Under the pieces are notes generated by a model. It saw nothing but the letters and a program-made list of their open reading frames with translations. It had not been told where the DNA came from and did no database searches. Source: a bacterium (lineage in GTDB: Bacteria > SAR324 > NAC60-12). From it: a stretch of 64,000 bases of DNA. Shown in pieces: positions 33,786-43,740 of this stretch; within the stretch, counting starts at the first letter, position 1; each line of letters begins with the position of its first letter. The position numbers were made by a program, and so were the translations under genes. The DNA lies in NCBI GenBank assembly GCA_965209155.1, contig OZ242383.1, forward strand, positions 2,176,001 to 2,240,000, read 5' to 3'.

Positions 33786-34994
33786 ATGGCCTCTACAAAA
33801 ACCCGCTTGCCCTTCGGCGAATTCGTCGTCATGATGGCGATGATGTCGTCTTTGATCGCGCTTTCGATTGATGCGATGTTGCCGGCCTTGACGCAAATCG
33901 GCCAGGACCTGGGCGTCGTACAAAGCAACGATACCCAATTGATCGTATCCATGGTCTTTCTGGGAATCGCCATTGGTCAAATCGTTTATGGTCCATTATC
34001 GGACAGCACCGGTCGCAAGTTTCCGATTTATATTGGTTTTATCCTGTTCATTCTGGGTTGCCTGCTCTCGTCATTTGCCACTAATTTTTCGTTCATGTTG
34101 GCAGGGCGGCTTCTGCAGGGGATCGGAGCGGCCGGCCCTCGCACGGTGTCGATTGTATTGATCCGCGATGTATACTCGGGAAATGCCATGGCCCGCGTGA
34201 TGTCTTTCGTGATGATGATTTTTATCCTGGTGCCGGTATTTGCCCCTGCCATCGGACAAGGCATTCTCTTCATTTCCCACTGGAGGGCAATTTTTGTTCT
34301 TTTTTTAGCCCTGGCTATCACCAGTGGCCTGTGGTTTACCCTGCGACAACCGGAGACATTGCCCTCGGAGCAGCGTATACCCTTTTCCATCAGGCGGATT
34401 TTAAATGCCATTCTCGAGGTTTGCCGCAATCGTGTCTCATTGGGATATACCATCGCTTCCGGGTTGATTGCCGGGGCATTTGTGGGTTATTTGGGTTCCT
34501 CACAGCAAATTTTACAGATTCAATATGCGTTGGGGACGAAATTTCCCCTCTATTTTGGAGCACTTGCCTTTGCGATCGGCATAGCCTTATTTATAAATGG
34601 GCGAATGGTGATGCGTTACGGGATGCGGATTTTGTCCACAGGCGCTGCGGTGGTTTTCAGTGGCAGTTCCATCGTTTATTTTCTGGTAGCAATTTTGCAG
34701 TCAGGACACCCACCCTTGTGGACGTTGATGGTATTTGGCATGGTTGCTTTTTTCTGCGTTGGCATGTTATTCGGAAATTTTAATGCCATGGCCATGGAAC
34801 CCCTCGGTCACATTGCGGGAGTGGGAGCGACGGTGGTGGGATCGTTGACCTTGTTCATTGCAGTCCCTATGGGGATTATGATCAGCCAGAACTACAATCA
34901 AACCATTTTACCCCTGGTTGGTGGTTTTGCAATATTGGGAATTCTTTCCTTGATTGCGATTCATTGGGCCAAACAGGGACAGAAGACTTTCTGA
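33786..34994 (+). CDS. Bcr/CflA-family MFS efflux transporter
   Basis: SIDAMLPAL, GPLSDSTGRK, about 12 TM segments. Confidence 0.92.
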   Translation: MASTKTRLPFGEFVVMMAMMSSLIALSIDAMLPALTQIGQDLGVVQSNDTQLIVSMVFLGIAIGQIVYGPLSDSTGRKFPIYIGFILFILGCLLSSFATNFSFMLAGRLLQGIGAAGPRTVSIVLIRDVYSGNAMARVMSFVMMIFILVPVFAPAIGQGILFISHWRAIFVLFLALAITSGLWFTLRQPETLPSEQRIPFSIRRILNAILEVCRNRVSLGYTIASGLIAGAFVGYLGSSQQILQIQYALGTKFPLYFGALAFAIGIALFINGRMVMRYGMRILSTGAAVVFSGSSIVYFLVAILQSGHPPLWTLMVFGMVAFFCVGMLFGNFNAMAMEPLGHIAGVGATVVGSLTLFIAVPMGIMISQNYNQTILPLVGGFAILGILSLIAIHWAKQGQKTF

Positions 34995-35110
34995 ATGGTT
35001 TACGCTTGAATTTCATTCATGTCATCCTGGACCTCTGTGAAGGGTCTTAAAGCTTTTCCTCCTGCTCGAGATGACAACCCTGTGATGTTCAACAACCATT
35101 CGTTATGACC

Positions 35111-35668
35111 CTATATTTTTTCAAACAATTCCAACAACTTGAAGACGGTGTTGTGGTTTCTCACGGTCACTTGCCGGTAAACCGCTGCCGCCGGTAACTT
35201 CATCATTCCTGCCCGGGTCTGTTGTTTTTTAGATACCGACCAAAACACCACCCCTGGTCCTGCCGTTACGCATTCAATTTCTTTTTTTATGGGAGGCAAT
35301 TGCGTCAACACCTCTTCAGCACTGATTTCCTCGAGCGGAAAAAGAGCATTGTGTTTGAACAAGTCATTCTTTCCCCAATCTTCAGGCGCTGCTTGCAGGG
35401 CGGATGTAAATCGATCGTGGGACAAAACAACGGCACGCGCATCATAGGAAAAACGGCGGGAAAGCCCGCTCTCTATCATCCCCGACAATTCCTTGACGTC
35501 GGTCGCATTGCTGCGAAACAGGATGTTCCCGCTTTGAATATAAGTTCGCACGTTGGTGAAGCCAAGGTCTTCAAAAGACTGCTGGAGTTCCATTTTCGGA
35601 ATGATATTGTTACCACCCACATTGATACCGCGCAGAAGTGCTAAAAATCTCGACTGGTATTTTCCCAT
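35111..35668 (-). CDS. DUF1697-family protein
   Basis: ALLRGINVGG, TYIQSGN, TVRNHNT. Confidence 0.88.
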   Translation of the reverse strand: MGKYQSRFLALLRGINVGGNNIIPKMELQQSFEDLGFTNVRTYIQSGNILFRSNATDVKELSGMIESGLSRRFSYDARAVVLSHDRFTSALQAAPEDWGKNDLFKHNALFPLEEISAEEVLTQLPPIKKEIECVTAGPGVVFWSVSKKQQTRAGMMKLPAAAVYRQVTVRNHNTVFKLLELFEKI

Positions 35669-35853
35669 AGGGTTCCATTATTTTTTAAAAACATCGTGAG
35701 GACCAAACTTTTCTGCCCGGATAAACGATGGAGCCATCAGCAAATCCTTTTACAAGGAAAGTGTTTTTTCCTTCCAGACCAATTCCACTTCGTGTTTGTC
35801 GTCAAAGAGCAGAAAGCGATATTTCTCCGACACTCGATAGCTCCTTGGTTATT

Positions 35854-36156
35854 TCAGAACAACGGTCTTGCAAACCGGTCGATATGTTCTTTCAATGGGG
35901 GGTGATGGATCATTTCATAGGCTTTGACGTCGACTTTATAAGGCAAACTGCTTTCTTGAAAGCAAGTCCACAAACGGTCCATGGTAGCTTCATCGATTTT
36001 GCCGTATAACACCAGGTCGATATCCGAATAACTCTTGTATGTCCCGGTGGCCCGGGAACCAAACAAAGCTACGGACTCGACGGCAGGTGCGACGTCTTTG
36101 ATAATTTCGTTGATCAAGCCGAGCTGTCTTTTGTTCAAACCATGCGCCATCGTCAT
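35854..36156 (-). CDS. Minimal nucleotidyltransferase (MNT)
   Basis: LFGSRATG...SDIDL motif. Confidence 0.92.
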   Translation of the reverse strand: MTMAHGLNKRQLGLINEIIKDVAPAVESVALFGSRATGTYKSYSDIDLVLYGKIDEATMDRLWTCFQESSLPYKVDVKAYEMIHHPPLKEHIDRFARPLF

Positions 36157-36578
36157 TGCAACTGTCCATGTTCTTCGGATAGTTTTTCATACAACTCACC
36201 AAACAGGTTCAAATACGTTGCCTCTATTTGTTTGATAACGGACTCGAATTTACGGAATTCATAAGTATGACTCATTTTATTACGCGCGTCCAAGGCGTTC
36301 ATCCAGTCTTCTCCCCGGGACAGTAGTTTGGCCGCGACCGCCTCTTTAATTACGGCTCTCGGGGTGATTTGTTCAAGTATGACATTTTGGTTTTCTAGGT
36401 AGTCTTTGACGGTCTTCCATGCGAGTTCCGTGCAGTATTCGAATCGTTGAATCATGCCTTCTTTGGCAAGTTGGCTCAGCTCTTCTTCTCGATAACTTTC
36501 CACCGCGTCTTGCAGCAGAAAATAGGCCCTCTTGAAATTATCGAATCGGTATTGCCAGCGTTTTTTTTCTACTGTCAT
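36153..36578 (-). CDS. HI0074-like HEPN nucleotidyltransferase substrate-binding protein
   Basis: IQRFEYCTELAWK and an RX4H motif RNKMSHTY; overlaps the MNT gene. Confidence 0.92.
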   Translation of the reverse strand: MTVEKKRWQYRFDNFKRAYFLLQDAVESYREEELSQLAKEGMIQRFEYCTELAWKTVKDYLENQNVILEQITPRAVIKEAVAAKLLSRGEDWMNALDARNKMSHTYEFRKFESVIKQIEATYLNLFGELYEKLSEEHGQLQ

Positions 36579-36614
36579 GCTGACTCCTGTTGATCAACTG
36601 AAGATCAAATATTA

Positions 36615-37304
36615 TCAAATGTTGAAGCGGATTTCGATGATCTCCCGGGGTTGTACGATGTAATCCCGATTTGTCGATTTGACCAACCCTTTCGATTGGC
36701 ATTCGTTGAGATTGTGGCAGTTCATATAATCTTCGAATGCAACCACGATTCCTTTAATAAATCCCCGGGCCAGGTCGCTGTGAATTTTGGCGGCGCAGTT
36801 GAGGATGTCGGAGTCCTTTTTGACCAGCCAGGCATGCGCTTCATTCGGTGCCGAGGTGTAGAAAAACATATAGTCCGCCTTTTCCAAGGCTGACTCGATG
36901 ATAGTGTTGACGCTTTCACTGCCTTCCAACTGTACGACCGGCTTGAAACTGAAGGGAGCGAAGGTACGGAGGAGTCCTTTTTCCTCCTCGCTGAATCCTG
37001 CATCACAAAGCGGGATTTCCTGATCGAGCACTTGCAAACATTTTTCCACCAGCTTTTTTTCATGAGCTTCCCCGACCCGGGTCAGGCGCGATTCCATTTT
37101 TTCCATGTCCAGGATCAACAAGTCCAACAATTTATCTTTGGGCAGCACAATGGCGTCACACCGGTTGAATTCATCGCGGAACAACTCTGCAAAAAAAGGG
37201 GCCACTTTTCGAGGTCTGTCTTTTTCTTGCAGCGCTACCAGGTACTCGTCGTGGTATTTGATCTTTCCCTCTGGCAAGTCCATGCCGGTGAAAGCTATTT
37301 TCAT
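36615..37304 (-). CDS. YchF-like protein (DUF933/TGS C-terminus) without a P-loop
   Basis: FFYT...AW...AAKIHSDLARGFIKG...DYIVQ..EIIEIRFN; no GxxxxGK in the N-terminus. Confidence 0.8.
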   Translation of the reverse strand: MKIAFTGMDLPEGKIKYHDEYLVALQEKDRPRKVAPFFAELFRDEFNRCDAIVLPKDKLLDLLILDMEKMESRLTRVGEAHEKKLVEKCLQVLDQEIPLCDAGFSEEEKGLLRTFAPFSFKPVVQLEGSESVNTIIESALEKADYMFFYTSAPNEAHAWLVKKDSDILNCAAKIHSDLARGFIKGIVVAFEDYMNCHNLNECQSKGLVKSTNRDYIVQPREIIEIRFNI

Positions 37305-37356
37305 GATCACGCTCCGCAACAACGGGGAAGTCGAAACAAATCCATAACTCTTTTAC

Positions 37357-38622
37357 TTATGCGAGGAATGGGATGGTCATGGGACCTTCCGGCAACACGG
37401 CGACCGGGGCGTCCTCACCGAGTGGAGCAATTTCCTTGGCGATAAAAGCATCGACGTCCGCAATGGGTTCCATATGCGCGCGTTGCACCTCCCCGGCATC
37501 GAGATCGCTATAGACGGCCACGCGTGCCTTCAGCAGGATGAGCGACAAAAGTTGATTTTGCCACTGGTCGGGTTTTTGGAAAGGAGGGGTATGCAATGCT
37601 TCGAGAAATGCTTCCGGCGCATAGTCGAAGAGCATCTGGCGAAAGCTGCCATGATTGGGGAAACCGTCATTGCAACGCGCCGTCATGACGATCAATCCAC
37701 CAGGCGCAACGATCTGCGCGGCTGCCGACATGCCTTTCACCGACTGGTAAAGATTTTGATCCAGGGGAAAGCCACTGTTGCTGGTGACCACCACCGGATA
37801 CTGCCGGGTACAGGAAACCATGGCAGTTGATTTGGCAAAACGACAACCTTCTCGATGGGCCAGCGAAACATTTCCACAAAAAAACCGGGTGATCCGCTGT
37901 TGGTGATTCAAGGTGACGTTGATACAGAAATCAATGGGAATCAATGACCCATAACGCTGTATTTGTTCCTGGGTTGGATTATTTTCCAGCACGCCCCATG
38001 TGCTGCGAGGGTCTTGAATCACTGAGGCGCGATGATAATGTTGAATGGAGGCAATGTCGGCAATTCCGGGAAACACGGCTTTGAATCCTCCGGAAAATCC
38101 AGCCATGAAATGCGGTTCGATGAATCCCATGATGATCCGTTTATCGGCCTGCACATAGTTTTTATTCATCAATACGGGATAACCCCCTTCTCGTTTGCCA
38201 ACCTCCTGTAAAGTGGAGGGATCGAAACCATTGTGATTGACCACCCGGTATCGCCTCGCGATTTTTTTCCCGACCATCGCTTCAATTTCATCAGGCGTGT
38301 TTGGACGATGGGTGCCTGTCCCGAGAACGATTGTGAAATTTTCCGCGGGGACGTGATGCAGTTCCTCGAATAACCAGGGAAGCAGGCGATCCGACGGCAA
38401 AGCTCGTGTGATGTCCGGGATGACGACAGCTACTTTATCGTCTGCAGCGATCAATTCCCTCAGGGGGGCGCTGCCGATAGGATCCCCAACGGCTTTCTTG
38501 AATGCGTGGGCTTCATCACGCAAACCCGGAACGAACTTTGGACGGATCTCCTTCACGTGCTCGCTGGGAATCGTCACTTCGAGACTTTCTTTGCCATAAG
38601 GAAGTTGCGCCTTCATCTTCAT
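37357..38622 (-). CDS. larA: Nickel-pincer-dependent lactate racemase family protein
   Basis: PDITR, GTGTHRP, EPHFMAGFSGGFK, PLDQNLYQSVKG. Confidence 0.9.
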   Translation of the reverse strand: MKMKAQLPYGKESLEVTIPSEHVKEIRPKFVPGLRDEAHAFKKAVGDPIGSAPLRELIAADDKVAVVIPDITRALPSDRLLPWLFEELHHVPAENFTIVLGTGTHRPNTPDEIEAMVGKKIARRYRVVNHNGFDPSTLQEVGKREGGYPVLMNKNYVQADKRIIMGFIEPHFMAGFSGGFKAVFPGIADIASIQHYHRASVIQDPRSTWGVLENNPTQEQIQRYGSLIPIDFCINVTLNHQQRITRFFCGNVSLAHREGCRFAKSTAMVSCTRQYPVVVTSNSGFPLDQNLYQSVKGMSAAAQIVAPGGLIVMTARCNDGFPNHGSFRQMLFDYAPEAFLEALHTPPFQKPDQWQNQLLSLILLKARVAVYSDLDAGEVQRAHMEPIADVDAFIAKEIAPLGEDAPVAVLPEGPMTIPFLA

Positions 38623-38990
38623 TCTCCTTTTTCATTCAAGACTTCTTCCAGTTTGAGAAATGCGTCCCATGCTGCAGGAAAACCCGCGTAAATGGCAACC
38701 TGCATCAATGCTTCGAAAATCTCTTCGAGGGCGGCTCCATTGTTGAGCGCCATTTCAAAGTTGAGTTTGAGGGCATTGTCACGTCCGAGAGCGGCCAGAA
38801 TTCCGATACTGCACAAAGAGCGGGTTTTCAGGTCAATACCCGTTCTGGTCCAGAAACGCCCTCCGACGACGGCAAGCACTTCCTTCTCGAAATCCGGGCA
38901 AAGGGATTGGAAGCGTTCGATGAGGTGGTCGATCTGCTCGTCTCCCACCATTTTTCTGAATTGTTCCCGTCCGCGTTCGTAATCGCTCAT
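38619..38990 (-). CDS. Carboxymuconolactone decarboxylase family protein
   Basis: WTRTGIDLKTRSL, ALNNGA, YAGFPAA. Confidence 0.9.
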   Translation of the reverse strand: MSDYERGREQFRKMVGDEQIDHLIERFQSLCPDFEKEVLAVVGGRFWTRTGIDLKTRSLCSIGILAALGRDNALKLNFEMALNNGAALEEIFEALMQVAIYAGFPAAWDAFLKLEEVLNEKGE

Positions 38991-39125
38991 CTTTGTATTC
39001 CTTCGGGGAACCCTATCATTTTTATGATTCGAATAAAAGCGCCGGTTGTGCTGTAATGGGCCTTTTTGGCGGAGGACATTTTGATTTGTTTCTTATAAAT
39101 TGTTACGGGGTTCTCCTCGTGATTA

Positions 39126-39195
39126 AACTCCACTCTCATTACGGAGATAGCCGCCCGGTTCATATAACTCGCAATTTTTTCCAATACCATCCCCA
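39126..39195. repeat. ~70-bp dispersed repeat, second copy at 41048-41112
   Basis: tacggagat(a/t)gccgc(c/t)cggttcatata(a/t)ctcgcaatttttt shared between copies. Confidence 0.8.
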
Positions 39196-39390
39196 CACCG
39201 CCCGTTAAATTTTTGTTTTCTATGGACTTGGAAACCAGAGTTATGATTTCAAGACCTCAATTCTTCGTGTCCACTCGACCGCGTAGTCGAGCAATTCCGG
39301 GTCTCCCAGCCCGGGGGACATTGAGAAGCCATCGAGCTTCAACGCCACGAAATCGTCGGCGGTTGTTTTGGATGTGCTATTCCGCGTCCA

Positions 39391-39644
39391 TTATTTCCCA
39401 TAAGCCTCTCTTCGATGCCGGACACGTTCAACGGTTACAATTCGTTCATCGTCATCAATCTCGTAGAGAATCCGGTACACCCCTGTACGAAGACTGTAAT
39501 CGATTTTTCCTCGAAGCCTCTTGGAGCCACGAGGTCGGGATTCTCTGATAGGTCATCGATATGCAGACTGACCAGGCGAGTATATTGCGGTGCCAGCCTG
39601 GAGATGTCTCGCATGGCGAGGCGGCTGATGCGAACCTTATACAT
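39391..39644 (-). pseudogene. RelE/ParE-type toxin with a 1-nt frameshift
   Basis: MYKVRISRLA...LSENP then, in the shifted frame, RPRGSKRLRG...LRTGVYRILYEIDD...VRHRREAY. Confidence 0.85.
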
Positions 39645-39849
39645 CTATGCCATCCGCTCGCAGCTCCGCCTTAGCCTGCTCCCAAGGAACATAATTCCCG
39701 TTAGCCTCTCGGTTGCGGTCGAGGGCTTCCATGTCTTCCATGTCTTCGAGCAACTCTTCCCAGAAGGCGTAATCAAGCAATATCGCTTTTTTCTTGCCGG
39801 TGGAGTCGACAAGGATTTGAGCTTTCTCAATCAGTTCATTGACTTGCAT
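39637..39849 (-). CDS. Cognate antitoxin of the RelE-type toxin
   Basis: Acidic ELLEDMEDMEAL and VPWEQAKAEL; overlaps the toxin start. Confidence 0.8.
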   Translation of the reverse strand: MQVNELIEKAQILVDSTGKKKAILLDYAFWEELLEDMEDMEALDRNREANGNYVPWEQAKAELRADGIDV

Positions 39850-40158
39850 GCTATCCTCCGTCTTACACGTAACTACGATGAGTCCACGTCTTCACCCTGT
39901 TTTTTATTTACCAAGGTTTTATTATTGATTGTGTGAGTGTGATTAAGTTTTAGTTATGATTTTCCCATTCTTCGGAGGTCAAATGGAATCGCACTTCACC
40001 ATTGGACTTTCTTCGTTGGGAATTTCTTTTACCAGATACCTAATTTCGTCCTCGCATTGCTCGACTGTCCAAGAGTAGAAGTATATTTCCACTTTATGCA
40101 ATTCACTAGAGACACGGTCATTTGAGAAGTATCGTAGTCCGCCTGACTCTACAGACCA

Positions 40159-40950
40159 CTAAAGGGTGTCTACAATTTTTCGAAGCCCTTCGCCGATCTG
40201 AATCAGTTTGCTTTGGTATATAAATCGATCCCAACCTATGCAGAAGTGACGGACACCCAGGTCAATATACCGTTTTGCACCTTCGGGCATACTGATTTCG
40301 ATCCGTGGGGCCACACCATATTCAATTGATTTTTTGATGACAAGTTCTTCAAACGGTCGTATCTCCGGGGTGCTCATGAGGCCTGGTTCGCCTCTGGAAA
40401 AACCAAAATCGGCGGGCCCCCATTGAGTCATATCAACCCCTTTTTCTTTTGCAACTGTCAGGATTTCGTCTATATTCTCAACTGCAATGTTTTTCTCAAT
40501 CATAATCAGAAACACAACCGAATTCAGGTCTTCGATGTAGCCGTCTGTGTTATAACCGGATAATGCGGAACGACGCAACTTGACCCCCATGTGTCCACCG
40601 ACACCAGGGAGTTCCGGTCTTATTGCCTGGTGGCAGCGCTCGATATCCTCTACGGTGCGCACATCCGTAAAAAGCACTGCTTTGAAGCCCGCGCCAATTG
40701 AAGCTTGCGCCCAAAAACTTTCACTTTTCTGATCCAGCTTTGTCATCAGCGGTAAGTTGCCGCACTGACCCGAACGTGCCATGTGGTAGAGTAACTGCAT
40801 ATCAAACGTGCTGTACTCGGCACAGAACTCGCCGTAGTCATACAGACCAGTGTCTCCAATGATCTCTGGAAGATCGGGGTCGGTGGAAAGAAAGTGCGTA
40901 CCGATGGTTGGTTTCCCCTGATCGAGTTTCTCACGAAACGTATTAGCCAT
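40159..40950 (-). CDS. HpcH/HpaI aldolase family protein
   Basis: AEYSTFD, IMIEK, WGPADF. Confidence 0.85.
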   Translation of the reverse strand: MANTFREKLDQGKPTIGTHFLSTDPDLPEIIGDTGLYDYGEFCAEYSTFDMQLLYHMARSGQCGNLPLMTKLDQKSESFWAQASIGAGFKAVLFTDVRTVEDIERCHQAIRPELPGVGGHMGVKLRRSALSGYNTDGYIEDLNSVVFLIMIEKNIAVENIDEILTVAKEKGVDMTQWGPADFGFSRGEPGLMSTPEIRPFEELVIKKSIEYGVAPRIEISMPEGAKRYIDLGVRHFCIGWDRFIYQSKLIQIGEGLRKIVDTL

Positions 40951-41181
40951 TATCATATTTCCGATTCCTCCTTCCCGATAAATCGAGATTTCAACTTGTT
41001 ATTCTGCTGGCAAATCTATCATTGCGACGGTGTTTCCCTCGAGAATGAACTCCTTTCTCTACGGAGATTGCCGCTCGGTTCATATATCTCGCAATTTTTT
41101 AATACCTCCCCATTGGCCCCATTTATTTTTTGTTCACCAGGGACCTGAAAACCGGAATTATGATTCCAGGACATCCGCAGG

Positions 41182-41628
41182 TCAATGATTACCGACGCGC
41201 AGGGCGACGGCAGTGACGATTGTGGATGTTATGAGGCTGAGGCATCCGCCAATGATGATGTCGATGGGCACAAGGATGAACGGCCAGTTGCCTACCATCA
41301 TGTAGTTGGGCACGATGTAGGTGGCATACGCCGCCAAGCCGAGCGCGACGCTGTTTTTCATCGCTCTCGCAAGGCTCTTTTCTTTAAGCGCCGGTTCTAT
41401 CGCCAGGTAGGCGTTTGCGAAGCCGATGAGAATGAAGAATGCAAGCACTGCGATTCCCAGGGAGAAGTCAAAAGATTCTCTTCGTATTTCGGCCAGAGGG
41501 CTGCCGGAGGCGGCATGCAGCGATTCATACATGCTCATCACGGGCGGCAGGATGTTCCAGATGATGTCGATAACTGCGTACACCAAGATAGCCGCTATGA
41601 TTCTGATTATCTGTCCTGAGTTCATATT
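41182..41628 (-). CDS. DUF2177-like membrane protein
   Basis: IDIIW, GLAAYATY, WP...DIIIG; 4 TM segments. Confidence 0.7.
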   Translation of the reverse strand, partial: NMNSGQIIRIIAAILVYAVIDIIWNILPPVMSMYESLHAASGSPLAEIRRESFDFSLGIAVLAFFILIGFANAYLAIEPALKEKSLARAMKNSVALGLAAYATYIVPNYMMVGNWPFILVPIDIIIGGCLSLITSTIVTAVALRVGNH

Positions 41629-41653
41629 GTTCTGTCTTTCCACTGCGGACATT

Positions 41654-41721
41654 GCCACATAGTAAGATCAAAAATTTTTAAAACGATAGCACTTGAGAAC
41701 AGGTCTGTAAAGGCAAATTTC
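41654..41721 (-). repeat. Short IS91/ISCR ori-like end with promoter, copy 0
   Basis: gaaatttgccTTTACA-17-TATCGTttt...cttactatgtggc, homologous to the copies at 42150 and 44960. Confidence 0.7.
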
Positions 41722-41773
41722 ACCACATATGTGAATCAATAATTACGCAAACAGATAGCACCTCATAACCTGT

Positions 41774-42130
41774 CTATTGCTGGTGCAAACCGAGGACGTT
41801 TCCGCTTGGATCAAGAAACATCGCGAACGAACCCCCGAAATCCGGAATTTCTTGTGGTGGTATCAGAATCTTACCACCCTTACTTTCTACCTTTGCCACT
41901 GCTGCCTGCAAATCATCCACAGAAATATAAATGGTAACGTGGTTGGTATACGGCATATCTTCAGTTGTTGGAAAAATATGTCCTTTAATGCCTTGATCCG
42001 GCGATGGATCACACAGGTGTAGCCCGTTCGTTTCCGGTGAAATGTCCCATCCAAAAAGTGAACGGTAAAACTCTGATAATTCCTCACCATTTTTGCCTGC
42101 TATTTCAAACCACATGACTGGATTGCCCAT
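41774..42130 (-). CDS. VOC/glyoxalase family protein
   Basis: PVMWFEI, FYRSLFGW, FLDPSGN. Confidence 0.92.
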   Translation of the reverse strand: MGNPVMWFEIAGKNGEELSEFYRSLFGWDISPETNGLHLCDPSPDQGIKGHIFPTTEDMPYTNHVTIYISVDDLQAAVAKVESKGGKILIPPQEIPDFGGSFAMFLDPSGNVLGLHQQ

Positions 42131-42149
42131 TGGTATTTACTCCTCAATT

Positions 42150-42786
42150 GCTACACAGAAAATTAAAAAATTATAAAAATTACACAAAACGATAGCAGCA
42201 GGGAATAGGTTTGTAAAGGCAAATTTCAGGGAGGCTTTCTTTGATTTTTTGGCAGGTTTCTGGACGGAATGCGTGGTCTGGAATGTTTCGCCGCCGGGCG
42301 GACCGGAAATACTGGATTTCAGACAAGGGGATCCCTGAGGTTTATGGGCCCCATTCTCCATTACAAAAATTAGTTTCATCTGACGGAAAGTCTTCCCAGT
42401 CACAGGAGTCTTCCAACTCATAGCGCATGATAGCAGGGAGGGGGAGAGCCCTTTCGTTTTCTTCTCCGATATGCTTTAGAATTTTTTTGATTTCTTGATG
42501 ATTGGTAATGAAAGCGATGATTTTCGCTAAAAATGAATTATTATTAAAAACGGTGTCTGCATGTCTAAAATCATGTCCGTAGCAACTTAGGTTCCTAAAA
42601 AAAACAGAGTAGTGCAATCTGGACGGTCTCAATGCGGCCCCCGCCTGCATCCAGGGCGCCTCTCCATTCATCCGTGTTCTCCGCTCCGCACGACAGGACT
42701 AAAAAAGTCCTGGCACATCTGGCAGCCCTCTCTACGCTATTGCGGACAGTGAATTTTTTTAGAAACCCGCATCTTAGGGACTATAT
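42150..42786 (-). mobile_element. Non-autonomous IS91/ISCR-like element remnant, copy 1
   Basis: Encodes the Y2-transposase C-terminal motif KIIAFITNHQEIKKILKHIG; 42175-42335 is identical to 44976-45136; upstream boundary approximate. Confidence 0.7.
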
Positions 42787-43057
42787 GTGTTGGCTCCTGT
42801 GAGGGAGAAATCGCCTGGGACTGGTTAGCAACAGCCCATGGCGCCGAGGTGTCGCCTTCCAAAGTACTTCCGACCAGACCAGGGGACCGATTACGATCAG
42901 GCCGCCGGTGAGTATCGCAAGAGACCCACCTACCTCTTCTCTCTTGGACTTGAAGAAGAAACTGAACGTCTGGGGTCCCAATCCGACACTTATTCTCTAG
43001 CTCTGAAAGCCGCGCAGGACTATGTACCAGCCATGGAAGAAGCGGGGTCCCTGGCCA

Positions 43058-43576
43058 TCAGGTGTGCGGATCATGTCCGCGGCTGTCGAGAACACCGGGT
43101 TCGGCATGAGCGATGTACGCTGGAGATGCGGGAAGGTTTTTCACATACTGGCGGAGAAAATGTGGAACCAGGTTGACCCGTTCTAGCTCAGCCAAAGTGA
43201 TCCACTCAAACATGGATCCTGACTCACCTCCCTCGAAAGTGCCGTTACTCCCCAGGACCGTCGATCCGGTGGCAAACTCGATCAGGAAGTACAGGGTGAT
43301 CTCCTGAAACCGGTCACCGTCGATCTCAAACAGGTTGTCTGCTACGAGAAGGAGGCGTCCGATATTCACGTCCTCACCGAGCTCTTCGCGCAACTCTCTC
43401 GCCAGGGTCTCGACTGCGTTCTCGCCGTATTCGACTCGGCCGCCGGGAACGAAGGCGAAGCCGTGTCTCGTGTTGTGCTCCACGAGCAGTTGACCATCGT
43501 GCACGGCGATGCCCCCGACGCGATACATGAACGTGAGTCCTCCGCCAGTGGATATGATCATCTCGGAATTCGTCAT
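43058..43576 (-). CDS. NUDIX hydrolase
   Basis: PGGRVEYGENAVETLARELREELG Nudix box. Confidence 0.93.
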   Translation of the reverse strand: MTNSEMIISTGGGLTFMYRVGGIAVHDGQLLVEHNTRHGFAFVPGGRVEYGENAVETLARELREELGEDVNIGRLLLVADNLFEIDGDRFQEITLYFLIEFATGSTVLGSNGTFEGGESGSMFEWITLAELERVNLVPHFLRQYVKNLPASPAYIAHAEPGVLDSRGHDPHT

Positions 43577-43740
43577 TGATGTGCTCCATAGGCCCGGCTA
43601 CTACAGCGGATTACTTCGAGACACTCGTCAGGTTTCGAGTCAACGGCCATAGCAGCGCTTTGGTTGAGTTCCATCGGATTCACCTTCTGAATACCCAGGG
43701 AATATGTCCGTTGCCGGTCGGCCGTACCATCCAGGATGAA

